A DNA stretch of 64,000 nt from positions 2,604,001 to 2,668,000 of the forward strand of contig OZ218957.1 of the NCBI GenBank assembly GCA_965112735.1, written 5' to 3'. Position numbers and translations under genes: made by a program. Shown here piece by piece: positions 44,114-56,952 of the stretch (positions are counted from its first letter, which is position 1; each line of letters begins with the position of its first letter). The notes beneath the pieces were generated by a model. It was not told the DNA's origin, ran no database searches, and saw only the letters and a list, made by a program, of their open reading frames with translations. This DNA is from Phaeosaccion multiseriatum. Lineage: Eukaryota > Protista > Ochrophyta, other classes.

Positions 44114-45130
44114 ATGCCCTTGAAGGAGGCGCCCAAGCTGTCAAAGCCACGAAACGAGGACGGCAAAGTGCGCTTTCGCGGCTGCGTGCTAACACATAAG
44201 AGGAAGCGCACAAGGAGTGATTTGTCCCACACGACCAGGACTTTCAACGATACCACGTCAGGATGGTTCTATCCCCCCTCAGACACCCGACACGACGCTC
44301 AAAGAATGGAGACCATCAAGAAGGAGTTCATTGATAGACATGGGGGTGTGATGGACGATGAGGAGGTTGTGGTCGCAAGGGGGCTGGGAGGTGCTGTCGG
44401 GCAGAACGCCTTCAAGGCCGCAAAGAGGGTGCATCGACAGGAGACAGAGACCATCCTCTCACAGCTTGACTTCCTGAAGGAGACCAAACACCTTCGCAGC
44501 GGGCTCAGCCGCTTTGTTCAACAGAATCTTGAACGTTGGAGGAAGACAAAAAAGACTCGCAGGGAAGCGACGCAAAGGAAGGAGGAGTTGAGGCGTTTAT
44601 ATTGGCTTAGACAGCTGCCCGTCATGAGGCGCCGCTTGGCTGAAGCAAGGCAAGCTCACACTAAGGTCTTCGCGGCCCTATCTGACTGGAGAAAGATGCA
44701 CACTCTTCTAAGGACACTACCAGAGGAGGAAGAAGGGGATGAGGGAGAAGGGCAAGAGGAAGAAGAAACGCAGCGGCGGGTGCCTTTCTCCAAGTACGAT
44801 CGCTGTGAAGACCTCACACCTACTGCAGCGGTTCGTTTGACCCAACAGGCCATGGCCATATTGCAGACTGTCAGTGTGGTAAAGGCAAAGTATGAGCGGG
44901 TGATAGCGCTGCTGGAGGAAGACGAATGGAGGGAGAAGCTGGAGAGGGAGGAGGACACGACAGGGATTGAGGAGAACATCCAAAAGGCACGGAAGGAATG
45001 CGCACTGTCAATGATCCTTCCGCAAGTCGAGGCGACAATGCTCGGTATTGTCGCTGCCAGAACGATTGGAGAGTTGTATAGAGAGTTCCGCGGAGGGGGT
45101 TTCCACGAGTGCCGCTTGTATGGCGAATAG
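44114..45130 (+). CDS. Intronless hypothetical protein, 338 aa, basic N-terminus and coiled coils
   Basis: Long non-repetitive ATG-initiated ORF with protein-like composition; no family recognised. Confidence 0.6.
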   Translation: MPLKEAPKLSKPRNEDGKVRFRGCVLTHKRKRTRSDLSHTTRTFNDTTSGWFYPPSDTRHDAQRMETIKKEFIDRHGGVMDDEEVVVARGLGGAVGQNAFKAAKRVHRQETETILSQLDFLKETKHLRSGLSRFVQQNLERWRKTKKTRREATQRKEELRRLYWLRQLPVMRRRLAEARQAHTKVFAALSDWRKMHTLLRTLPEEEEGDEGEGQEEEETQRRVPFSKYDRCEDLTPTAAVRLTQQAMAILQTVSVVKAKYERVIALLEEDEWREKLEREEDTTGIEENIQKARKECALSMILPQVEATMLGIVAARTIGELYREFRGGGFHECRLYGE

Positions 45131-45249
45131 ACATTGGATCATGGGATCGATACTGGTTAAGGTCTAATGAACTGACTGAGGATCAAAAAAGGACTCTCCT
45201 CTCCTCTTCTCCCACTATCTTACACACACACACTCCAATGCAAGACCAC

Positions 45250-46911
45250 CTACACCCGGAGCCCGTAACGCAGCGACACAGAGGCGCTATCCTTTGGGCT
45301 GGACAGGTTCACTCTCCCCGAAATCAGTGTGTTCGAGCTCTGCAGCTTGCTCCTCAGCGACCAGTGCATCTCCGCTCGGTCGTCCACCCTCGCGGACACA
45401 GTCGAAGAGAGGTCGCCAAGCAATGCCGGTAGCTGAACTCCGACCACCACTAACCCCCTGCCCCACGCGTTGATCCCTTCCTGCACAAAGGGAAGGACCG
45501 AGCCCGACACGTAAGCGGTGGTGCCTCCCTTGAGTTTCCGAGTGTGCATTGCCTGGAGTTTGGCGTTCCCGTCTGGGGTCAGGTCCAGGGAGCACTCCGT
45601 GTCCTGTTATGTGTGTGTGTGTGTGTGCGTGTGTAGATGGAGGGGAGAAGGAGGGAAGTGGAGGGAGGGGGAGAAGGAGTAGGGGGGGGCGGGGGGGGGG
45701 GAGAGGGAGAGGCAGGGGCCATGCATACAGGGACAAACCATACCACACATACGGGCCACAGCCGAGGTGGACAAGAGGGACCGGAGAGGCGAGGGGGGAG
45801 GGAAAGGTCGGTTGAGCGATGGAGGAGAAGGGCAGAGGGGAGGCAGCTAGACAGACAATTAGGAGATCCATAAGTCATTGGGGGCCAAGAGCACCTTCCA
45901 ATGATGGCGTCTCCCTGTGCTACTCCTCTCGACCTCTCTCTCCTCCCCCTCCCCCTCCCCCACCCCACCATCCCCCCCCCCCTCCCTCACCTTATCAATG
46001 AGACCCTGTATCTTCATGGTGCCCTGCCTGGCCACAAAGTCATGCACCACAGACACTGAGCCGGGCCGACCGTCCACCACAAACCCCTTCCTGAGCTCCA
46101 CCGGTCCTACTGCCCCGTCCCCGAACACGGATCCGGACACTTGGTACCCGAGAACTGACGTGAATTCGTAGTACATGTCTGCGACGACCTTGCTGGCCTG
46201 TGAGTGTGTGCGTGTGCGTGCGTGCGCGCATGTGTGTGCGTGTGTGTGGGTGCGTGTGTGAACGTGAGTGTGTACCATGTGTGGGTGGGTTGTGTGTGTG
46301 AATGTGAGTGCATATAATGTGTGTGTGCGTGGTGTGTGGTGCGTGTGCGTGTGTGTATATTGAGTATATGTGTGTTTGCCGGGGGAAAGGAAAGAATCAG
46401 GCAGCAGTCGTGATGAGGAACTAGCGGTCTCTCCCCCTTCCTCTCTTCCTCTCTCCATCCCTTTCCACCCCTTTCTCTCCCCCCCCCCTTCTCCGGGTCC
46501 CCTCTCTCCCTCCCTCTCTCGCACGTCTCTTCTCCCTCCCCCCCAGCTCTCCACCTCCCTGCCTGCCTCCCTCTTCAACCCTGTGCCCACATCTCCCTGC
46601 CCACCCCTCCCTCCCTTCCACCCACCTGTTCCTTGATAGTCCCCATAGTCCCAAGCATCTTTGGAAGGTTGAGCCTCCCCATGAGCTTCATCACTCCAAT
46701 CTCCTTCCTGTCATATCGCTTCGGCAACCGAACGGGTCGAGCCGTCGTCGCCTGAAACAGAGGGAGGGAGGATAACAGTACATGTATTATTTTAAGAGAG
46801 GTTTTGAGGCCTTCAGTCGTTTACAGTACGGAAGAGCAAGCTGCCGAATGCAACGGCGCCAGCAACTCGCCCTTTGCGGATGTGAATCGCTTGTGAAAAG
46901 ACCGCACCACT

Positions 46912-46942
<31 letters not shown>

Positions 46943-47907
46943 TTCTCAGAACACTTCCTCGCCCCCTCTCTCTCCGGGGCGCAAACAACTTTAGGCCTAA
47001 GCTTAGTAGAGTTCACAGCGTTATCACTCTCCCGCTTATATATAGTTGAGTTACAACGAGAGCTTCGTCATAGTGTTGGCTCGGCCACCTCCTTCTATTC
47101 TTTTAACAAGAGAGCTTCGGTTCTGTTCTGCCGAGGAATGAATCAAATTGTACAAACACTTGCCGAGTGAGCGACTGACTGACCTGGAGGCGGGTAGGCT
47201 GGAATTGGTTTTCGTTGTAAACCCAGGAGCAGGAGCAGGCTAAGTTGTCACGCAAAGACTCAGGGACGGGAATCTCGTACTGGCCTGGTGAGACGGGAGG
47301 AGAGGGGCGAGGGGAGGGGCGAGGGCAGAGGGGGGGGAGTAGTGAGGGGGAAGGGGAAGATGTGAGAGAGGGGAGGGGATGAAGAGAAGGTGGAAGAGCT
47401 TCTGTACTCAGCTTCTCAGGAAGAAGAAAAGTGTGGAGCACACTATTCATTGCAGCGCAAGACCGTGGCAGCAACGCTTCGCAAAGACTGCACAGATCTC
47501 TCCGAGATCTATGCTCGTGGTGAGAGCACGCACAGGCAGAAGAAGTGTATGCACGCACGGCAGGCTTTAAAAGCAATCAATCTGTTGGCTTTCGCGCTCC
47601 GCCCCAACTTTCGTGAGCATCTAGTCCCCCTCCACCGCTACTACCTCAATCCCTCTCTACCGCCACTACCTCAAGATCCAACACCAGCACCAGCAGCAAA
47701 GGGAGGGAGGGAGAGAGAGCAGATTGTCATACCATGCACGCCTTCCACTCATCCTCTACACGGCGCACCTTCGAGATTTATGGACTCGATGCCGCTGGAC
47801 AAGTCTGACTTATCTGACACCGCCAGGCTCAGGTACAGGGGACCCGCTGCTGCGAGAGGGACGAGGACAAGCAGTAGTAGGAGGGTGGCGCGCATGGATG
47901 CAGCCAT
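45250..47907 (-). CDS. Signal-peptide-bearing beta-strand-rich (porin/beta-barrel-like) protein, 308 aa, 5 exons
   Basis: Exons 47769-47907, 47184-47284, 46626-46751, 45991-46197 and 45250-45603 join in frame (927 nt). Signal peptide MAASMRATLLLLLVLVPLAAA, alternating amphipathic strands and C-terminus ASVSLRYGLRV*. The function call is inference. Confidence 0.75.
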
Positions 47908-48510
47908 TGCGCAGCAGGTGCAGGAACAAAAACAGGGATGGGATATCGGGATGGAGAAACATCTTTTACTATTAGGCAGGATGGCACTTCACATCCCTTG
48001 CTCTATTGATGATCCTCTATTGCATCCCTCCCCTACTCGGTGCCGCGCCAGCAGCAGCCATAGTCACCCCTCTCTCCCTCCTCTCTCCAGGGAGGCAGTC
48101 GTTTTTCATTGTCTCGTGTCTCGCCTCGCTTCACTTGTCTCACTGCACGGTGCATGCCATCTACTGCCATCCGCCGTCCTCGATTTCTCTGCCCTTGCGC
48201 TCCTCCCATGCCCAGGTAGGGTAGGTAGGTACACAAACGAACGCACCCACCCGCATCCACATATACACACGGCCAAGAGCGCGCTTGCCGTCTTTACGCA
48301 GGATGGTAGCTGAAGGCCACACCCCACCCGATCAAGTCAAGCAGACGGGGCGGCTTTCTAAAAAGCAGTCGACCAACCAACCCAAGAAAGAGTGCATGGG
48401 CATAGGCCGTCTACCGTGACGAAGCAAGGAAGGGAGGGGAGGGGGGGGGGGTTGCGCGAGACGAGCAAACCAGACCTCCAATGCTTTCCTCACACTAATA
48501 GAGACATTCT

Positions 48511-50985
48511 TCAGCGCTTGTGCCGCAGCTTCTTCAGCAGCTTGGAGGCTTGCTTCTCGGCCTGGGAACAGCAGGGCAGAGTATGACAGGGCAGGGCAGT
48601 TGGTGATACAGGGCGGGACAGTTCGCGTGCGTCGTTCAGAGAGATAGTAATGCTAAATGGAAACGCCAATGCGCTTATCAGATAGGGTAAGGATCATCAA
48701 AGTAGCACTGCGTTCAGCTGTATCGTTAGCCAAGAGCGAGGGAAACCGCAGAGAGAGAGAGAAAGAGAAAGAGAGAGAGAGCTAGGGGGGCGAGGCGACG
48801 TTTGACAAGGAGAGAAGAGAAGGCGCCGATACACACCCACACCCACACACACACACACACACACACATACACATGGGCAGACAGGTGTAGCTCAGGCCCA
48901 CGGACAGGCCTACAACAGCTCAGGCATTCCCCACCTCACCCCACCCCATCCCACCCCACCACAACCTTTCTATCCACTCTTACATACACACAGACATACC
49001 TAAACACATGCATACACACATACCCACATACCCACATACTTACATACACACATACATGAAACGCATACATACATACATACATACATACATACGTACGTAC
49101 ATTACATACACACATACATACCTTGGCGAGGTCTACCTTGGCTAACCACTTGAGCTCGGCATTCACACGCAAGAGCTCGTCTTCGGCGGCCTTCTCCTCC
49201 GCCCTTCCGGAGCCAATCCAAACCTCCTTGAGCTGTTTCTTTTGATTCAGTAACGACAAATGCAGCAGCTCCTTCAGGGCGGCCGTGTCCTTTCGGATGA
49301 GCGTGGCGTAGCAGGGGCAAGTTTTCTTGTTGCGACAGTCTTTTAGGGTGCCAATCTCGTGGTCGTCGCTACCTGTGATACACACGTACACTCCCTTGAA
49401 ACCGTCGAGCTCTACGAAGCCCTCCTCCTCTGAAGGGGGGTCTATGATGTCCTTTGCCATGGGCCAGTCCACCGCGTACCACCACCTGTTGTAGTTGTTG
49501 TTGCAGGCAGACAGGTAGGTAGTTAGGTACGAAGTATGAAGGTGGGCAGGTAGGTAGGGAGGGAGGGAGGTAAGCAGGTAGGTAGGTACGTAGTATGTGG
49601 GTAGGTTGATAGGTAGGAGGGTAGGGTAGGTTGGTGGGCAGGTAGGCAGGTAGGCAGGTAGTTAGGGGGGGGGGAAGAGGGGGGAATGGCGTATGATGGA
49701 GATGGCAGCGAAGAGAGGATGTGCCTTGCCTCCCTCCCTCCCCCCCGTATGATACAAGGGGCATCCACACCCTCCCCACCCTCCCCTTTCTCTATTTTCC
49801 CACTCACTCCCCTCCCTTCCCTTCCCTCTCGTCTCACTCTCACCTGCACAACAGCTTCTGCACCATCTCTCCCTTGACGAGCTTGTACATCTCCACCGAC
49901 GAGCTCGTCACATCGGCCTTTGTAGTAACCGCCCCCCCTGACCCCTCGAGACTCAGCTTCTGGGCAGGGGCGCTGCTGCTACTGCCCCCGTTGCCCTTCT
50001 CCTTCTTCTCCTTCCTCCCCCCTCCTCCTCCTCCTGCTGCTGCTACTGCTGCTGCTGCCTTAGCGGCTTTCCTTGCCGCTTTATCCTTAGCCTTATCGCT
50101 GCTCTCCTGCGAGGCCTTCTCCTCCGCCCGGCGCTTAAGCTGGGAGAGAGGTAGGTCCTCCTCGTCCGAATCTTCTCCGTTGGCAACCGCCTGCCTGTTC
50201 CCGTTGGACTGCTGCTCACTCTTCCCATCCTCGTCCCTCGAACTACTCTCATCGTTCTTGAAGACTTTATTTGTCGCCGACGCTGCTGCTACTACTGCTG
50301 CTGCTTGTGGTTCCGTACTGCCCTCCGCTTTGACTTTGGTGGCACTCCCTGCCGCTGCTGCCGTGGCGCCCTCCTTCTCCTTCTTGATCTTGGAGAGAGG
50401 CACGTCGTCGTCTTCGTCACTTCGAGCATCAAGAGGGGGGAAGGTAGGGGAGAGGGACTCGGTTCACGATTTTTTGCATTGCTACTGCACCCAAGAGAGG
50501 CGGGTGCTCTCTCGCTTGAAGGAGGTGTCTCAGCCAACGGCACCGTGTTGGCGGCTTCACAAGCCCAGCAAGGGAAAGGGACGGCCAAGAAAAGCCGTGA
50601 TCGGATGCAAAGGCAAAACACAGAGAATGCAAGGCTCAATTTACCGTTCAAACACTACCACTGACAGTGGGAAGGGAAGGGGGGGGAGAGAGATGGGGAA
50701 GAGAGACTTCAGGCAGTAAGGAGGGCGAAGCTGCCATAGGCACGTCTGAGCAGCAACAACAGCAGCAGGAGAAATAATAGCTGCAACTAATCCGCTGCTA
50801 CCAACTTTGATATCCTCAGAAGTCTCTCATGGCTCTGTCTCTGGATATCGTCTCTGCCCGGGACCGCCTCCTCCCCCCCAACGCTCGATTAGCCTCCACC
50901 TCTCCACCCACCTGTCCTCCTGGATAATCGCCTTGCGCTTCTTGCTCTTTAGAATGGGCACGTTGTCATCGTCGCTGTCGCTCAT
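48511..50985 (-). CDS. Conserved-looking hypothetical protein (LLCRWWYxxDWP motif)
   Basis: Four exons: MSDSDDDNVPILK..., an acidic/K-rich exon with DEDDDVPLS and DEEDLPLS repeats, a globular exon (RWWYAVDWP...ELDGFKGVY...CPCY...) and AEKQASKLLKKLRHKR*. Confidence 0.8.
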
Positions 50986-51146
50986 GGTCTTATTAAGACT
51001 CTCTTGTGCCTGGCTCTTGTGCCCTGCCGAGGTTGGATATCGCTAAAAATTACGTAACCTTATGACAGTTACTTGTGTTCTTCCAGCCCTTCCGATCCCT
51101 TTCCCTCTACATTGCGAGCCTCTCTTCGTCAGGCTCTGCTGCAGCC

Positions 51147-54100
51147 ATGGACAATCTTCTTCCCCTGAGCATCAATGTGGACATCAGCGCCAACGACTAT
51201 CGCCGAGATCAGCTCCCGCACCTGGAGTGGGACGCTCAGGCGCCCTCCCAACGAGGCAGCACCCCCCAACACATCCAACACCTACTGCCTCCCCTCCCCG
51301 AGGCTCGGAGGCGCCGCGCTCCAGCCCAGCCGAAAAAAGATGAGGAGTCGACGAGCTCAGTGGTGGGGGGGGCGCTGGCGCTGAAGGAGGCAAAGAGGGG
51401 AGGGGCCAGATTAGGAGTAAAGTATCCCAGTTGGGCACCGGAGGCGAGCGAGGGGCAGAGGGGGGCTGACTGGGGAGCGAGTCCGCTTGGCGTGGGGGAG
51501 AGGGGCATCGCACCACCCACCACCAGCACCGGTATTCTCGTAAGGCACAGCTGCCAAAACAGGTAAGCGTTGCTCCGGTTGGTCTGTCCGCGAACTTGCC
51601 TGTGGCTGGTGGTGGACGTGATGATCTTCTCTTTTCCAGGCGCCCTCCTTCCTCTCACGCCCACTCGACCCCCCCCTTCGCCCTCGACTATGCCTGTTTG
51701 CTGTGAATTGAACTCAACTCACTCACAGAGACGCCGCGCGATGGAGACCTAGGGCGGACGACATGACCGTGTTGACCATCATCAACGGACACACCCTCGC
51801 ATGGGAGGACCACGAGGGGAGGGGGGGGCAGCAGCAGGAGGGGATGCTAGAGGGCTCGTACAGCTCTGAATGCCACGAGACGAAGGAGGAGAAGGAGGAG
51901 GAGGAGCGGCAAAGACGACGGTCGCTGCAGCAGCAGCAGCGGAACGAGGAGGAGCTCCACGTGCAGCAGCAGCAGCAGCAGCAGCAGCAGCTGCTGCTGA
52001 GTAAGGCAAGCAGCAGCGGGACGGCAGTGGACGTCTACATGCAAGCTGGGGATAGCAAGAGCTTCAACAGCGTACGCCTCGGCCCGCAGGAGAACCTCTG
52101 CCGCCCTCTGCAAGGCCTGGCGTCCAAGCTTCTGCCCAGAGACGGTGAGGAGGCAGAGCAGGAGCTACTACTGAGGCAAGGGCTGGTGCTGCTGCTGGCC
52201 GGGGAGGAAGACTTGGATGCCTTTGCCGACGCTCTGGATAGTCAAAGGTGGGGGGCTGGCCCTGGGGGCGGGGGCGGGGGCCGGAGGAAGGGGAGAGGGG
52301 CTACCTCCTCCATCGGGAGCGGACGTGTGCAACGGCGCCCGCTTCGGAGTGGGCTTTCGGCAGCAGATGGCAGTAGATGGAGCAGCATCATCTCCGGCTC
52401 CACCCGCGGTGGGAGTGGGGGTGGTGGCGGTCTCACGGGAAGTGGCGTCAGCAACAGAAGCGGCGCGGCGTCGCTGGAGAGACGGGTATGGCGGAGTGTG
52501 GATAAGTGCTTCACAAATGAAGAGGGAGGAAGAGGGCCGCCACGAAGTGCCTTCCGCGTGGACTTTGAAGCTGGACCGTTGGGGCTTGAGATGGTGTGCG
52601 ACACTGGTCTGGGGCTACTGACGGTTGACTCGGTGGTGCGGGGAGGACAAGCGGAATGCGATGGGAGGGTGGAGGCCGGCAGTCTGGTAGTGGCTGTGTC
52701 GTTGCCGCGGGGGTGTGAGCCGGAGGAGGAAGATTGGACTGGGGATGAGGAGGAGGGGGAGGAGGAGGATTGGACGGGGAGGGAGGACGAGTTGGAAGGG
52801 GGGGACGAGGAGGAGGAGCGGCAAGATGATGATGATGGATCTATGGAGGAGAGCGCGGAGAGCCAGGACAGAAGCAGGGGAGAGGCCCTGGGTGCACGAG
52901 GGGCAACCTCGGCCGAGCAGCAGTATCAGGAGGGGGGCGAGGAGGAGGACGAGGAGGAGGAGGAGAAGGAGAAGGAGAAGGAGAAGGAGAAGGAGAAGGA
53001 GGAGAAAACGGAGCAAGAGAAGACTGAGAAGGCCAAGAAGAGTAACAAAAAGAGGATGGAGAGGCAGAAAACCGGGAGGACGAGGCGGAGGGAGAAAGAG
53101 GTGGACGAGTACGGAAGGTTGGTGGTAGTGGTGCGTAGTCTGTGGGACTTAGAGCGAGCCATCAGCCTCTCGCAGCAACAGCAGCAGCAGCAGTTGGTAA
53201 TACAGCAGCAGCAGACCACTGCCCCCTTGGGACAGGGAGGGGGCGCTGCTGTTCCCCCCTGGGACTACACGCAAGTGCTGGGGGTGCACTTCTTGGATAG
53301 GTGAGTGAGTGGGTGAGTGAGTGAGTGGGTGGGTGAGTGAGTGGGTGGGTGAGTGGGTGAGTGAGTGAGTGAGTGAGTGAGGAGGGGAGACCCGTCGGCC
53401 CTTAGGGGAGATGACAACTTTCGCCGATTTCGTTACTTGCTTGGCACGCCTATTGTGCTGTACTCGAAAGGAACATGGAAGCAGTCGGCAGCTCCTGCTC
53501 TACTCCTCCACTAGGGTACGCTCACCTACCTCCCTCTCCCCCTCCCTCCCTCCCTCCCTCCCTCCATCCCTCCCTCCCTCCCTCCCTCCCTCCCTCCCTC
53601 CCTCCCTCCCTCCCTCCCTCCCTCCCTCCCTCCCTCCCTCCCTCCCTCCCTCCCTCCCTCCCTCCCTCCCTCCCTCCCTCCCTCCCTCCCTCCCTCCCTC
53701 CCTCCCTCCCTCCCTCCCTCCCTCCCTCCCTCCCTCCCTCCCTCCCTCCCTCCCTCCCTCCCTCCCTCCCTCCCTCCCTCCCTCCCTCCCTCCCTCCCTC
53801 CCTCCCTCCCTCTCGCTCGCTGTCCTCTCCTCTCCACTCCCATTTTTAGGTACGCACCGGAAGCAGTGGAGCTGTTTGCTGCTGTCAATCAGCGCCCCAC
53901 TTCCTCTTCCGCGACGGGCCAAGAGGAGGACGAGGACGAGGGAGAGGATTGGACCGGAGAGGATGGCAGGGGACGGCAGCAGAAAGGCCAGGGGCAAGGG
54001 CACGTGGTGGATGCTTATTGGAGATTCACGAAAGAGAACGCAGCCCGGAATAAAAAGAAGAACAGACTGGGTAGGATGGATACGGCAGAGATGGCAGGCT

Positions 54101-54690
54101 TCCACGTGGACTCGGATGATGATGATGAGGAGGAGGGTGGGGGGGGGGGGAAGGAGGAGGAGCAGGGGGAGGAGAACGAGGGCTCTGCTGCTGTCGTTGC
54201 TGCAGCTGCCAGTGAGGAGGACGAGGAGGAGGGCAAGGAGGGGAGGAGGAGGAGGAGGAGGAGGAGGAGGAGGAGGAGGAGGAGGAGGAGGAGGAGGAGG
54301 AGGAGGAGGAGGAGGAGAAGGAGGAGGAGAAGGAGGAGGAGAAGGAGGAGGAGGAGGATGAGGGCGAGGACCCGTGGGGGCGTGTTCGTCAGCAGCGAGG
54401 GGTGGGGAGAGGGGAGGACCAAGACGACACGGGCGGGGGAGGTAGTCAGGAGGGGGGACAGAGGAGAGGGTACAGGCAGGGGGAGAGGGGGAGCAAGATG
54501 AAAGGGTTGGAGGGACGGGGGGGAGAACAGTCCCTGCCCATGTCAGCCGAAGAAGCAGAAGCAGAAGCAGAAGCAGAAGCAGAAGCAGAAGCAGAAACAG
54601 AAGCAGAAGCAGAAGAACGAGGAGAGGACACGTGGGACTTTGCGACAGGGGGTGGATTGAGCGGGGCTTCCGGAGGAGGGAGGAGGGAGG

Positions 54691-54721
<31 letters not shown>

Positions 54722-56348
54722 CTTCCGGGTTGAGGGTGAGGAGAGCGGGGAGGGGGAGGACGAACATGACGACCTGCTGGCGGCGCGTAGGGTGCCATCT
54801 GTGAGGGCCGCTCAGCAAGATCGAGGAGGGGAGGAAGGGGACTCAGAGGAGGAGGAGGTTCTTAACGCAACGGACATTCCTCTGGGGCTGGAGGCATCGA
54901 CATCGGACCATGTGGGGTTGTATGTGTGGTTCTGCAATTCACACTCACAGATGGGCATGCAGGTTGCGTGGATCAACTATGCAGGACAGCCCGTGCTGAG
55001 GCGAACGCTAGCCCCAGGGGAGAGCTACTTTGAGCAAACCTATGCCACACATCCGTGGCTTATGCGGGCCATCGTCAAGAGAAGGGGCAAGAAGGGGGGG
55101 AGGGGGGATAGGGGGAAGGGGAAGGGGAGGAGAGCAGGAGGAGGAGGAGGAGGAGGAGGAGGAGGCGCGACCAATGGAAAAGGAAGAGGACAAGGCGCAG
55201 ACGACGGCGGCGATGATACCACATGGGGGGAGGCTGCCCCGGGGGGTGCGGGGAGGTGGGTGCTGGTGCGCGCGGGCACACACGCGGCCAAAGCGATGCG
55301 CACTTTCGTCGCCATTTGGAACCCTTCCTCGAATGCCCTCTCTATCATGCCGCAGAGGAGAGTCACCTCTGCCCCTCCTCCGACTCCGACTCCGGGAGTG
55401 GCAGCGGTGGCTTCCAGTGCGGCGGGGGATGGCAGTGGATGGGCCGGAGGAGGAGGAGGAGGAGGAGGAGGAGGAGGAGGAGGAGGAGGAGGAGGAGGAG
55501 GAGGAGGAGGAGGGAGGCCAGTACATGGGTCAAGAAAGGCAACGGCAGGCATGAGAAGTGGCAAGATTCAGCGGCGTACCGGAGGAGGAAGGGGGGAGGG
55601 TGACAGGCAGTCTGAGGACGGCTCTTCCTGTGTTAGCAGGGGGCGAGGGGCAGCGGGAGAGAGAGGGACGCCCTCAGGGCCCGGAGGGCGGGAAAGCTCT
55701 GCGTTGTCTTCGCCGCCGCTGACGGGGGATGTGCGGAGGAGCGGTGCGTTTGATGGGATGGCAGCGGATGGGGTGGAGCGCAGAGGGAGGGACGGGGGTG
55801 GTAGCGACACGAGCGGCGACAGCAGCAGGAGCAGGAGCAGGAGCCGACAGCAGAGGCAGCAGATGCAGCAGGAGAGGAGGAGGAGGAGGAGGGCGGAGAG
55901 GATTTCCGAGTCGAGGCGGAGGAGGGCGGAGACGAGGTGGAGGCCCCGGGCAGAGGGGCAGCGCGCGCGGCGGCAGAGTGTGAGAGAGGCCAAAATGGAG
56001 CTCCTCCGGGACATGCGAGAGGCACGCACCTTCCCCACGGGCCTGGGTTACACAGACGCAGACCCCAACCTGGCCAACATTGGGCTAGCCAAGGGTGCCC
56101 CCAACGTCAAGATCGTCATGATCGGAGGAGGTGGAGGAGGAGAAGGAGAAGGAGGAGGTGGAGGAGGAGGGTCAATGTCCCAGGGGGCACCTGTCTCCTC
56201 CCCCCTAAAGCCCCGGGGGGGCGCATCCGACCTCCCCCCCCGGAGAGGGCGGCCCCTGAGCGCCGGTACCACCGCTACCTGTACCTCTTCCGCCTCCTTC
56301 GCGCGCTTGGGGGGGGGCGGTTTCTCGATGCCCAAGGAATGGAGATGA
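51147..56348 (+). CDS. Large low-complexity protein with a PDZ-like domain and a VHL beta-domain
   Basis: Exons about 51147-51561, 51729-53300 and 53850-56348. PDZ-like FRVDFEAGPLGLEM...VVRGGQAECDGRVEAGSLVVAV; VHL-like VWFCNS...VAWINYAGQPV...LAPGESYFEQTYATHPWL. Joining the frames needs a 1-nt shift at about 54241. Confidence 0.72.
53530..53812. repeat. (CCCT)n microsatellite, intronic
   Basis: About 70 units, seen directly. Confidence 0.95.
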
Positions 56349-56952
56349 GGGATAGTGCTACTCAGGGAGTTTGATAGTGTCCATTGAGCCTGCTTGCCTA
56401 TGGATCGGTTGATGACCACATCGGAGGCTGACGTAACTATTACGTAACTATTCCCCCCTGCCTGATCACCGCCCTAACTAGCTAATAGCAATGAGTTTTG
56501 ATGAATGAGTGAGTGAGGGGGGAGGGGGGAGGAGCGAGGCGACGGACCGACGCACGGTAAGGGTCACGAAGCAAATTGAGCCTGGAAGCCAAGGAAGCCC
56601 CAGCCAGAGTCTGCTCAATCGTGAAGCGTGTCAAGAACGGAGAGAAGGGGGGTCGATCCTCCAGTCCTCCCTCCTCCACAAACGCCATCGGAGAGGGAGG
56701 CGGGGGGCAGCTCACATGAGCTGTACCCAGCCAGCCACAATACCAAAAGCCCAGGCAGGGAGATTCTCCCTCTGCCCCGGCCGGGGCCTTGCATCCATGC
56801 ATGGCTGGCGCGCGTATTTGATCACCGCCTACTATCCAGCACGCCAGCATCCCCAACAACCAGCTTTGCGGCACTGGCTGACCTCACCTGCCTGGACATG
56901 ATTGCGATAGCTATCAGAAGGGCCGCTATCTGAAGGGCTGAGCTCCTCCAGT

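Noticed and set aside
47390-48313. 307-aa plus-strand ORF
   Set aside because: It is antisense to exon 1 and intron 1 of the beta-barrel-like gene, has a non-ATG start and no protein-like features.
54235-54250. Frame switch (poly-R vs poly-E) in the PDZ-VHL gene as programmed frameshifting or pseudogenisation
   Set aside because: It occurs at a short G run beside a (GAG)n tract. A 1-nt consensus error is more parsimonious; raw reads would decide.
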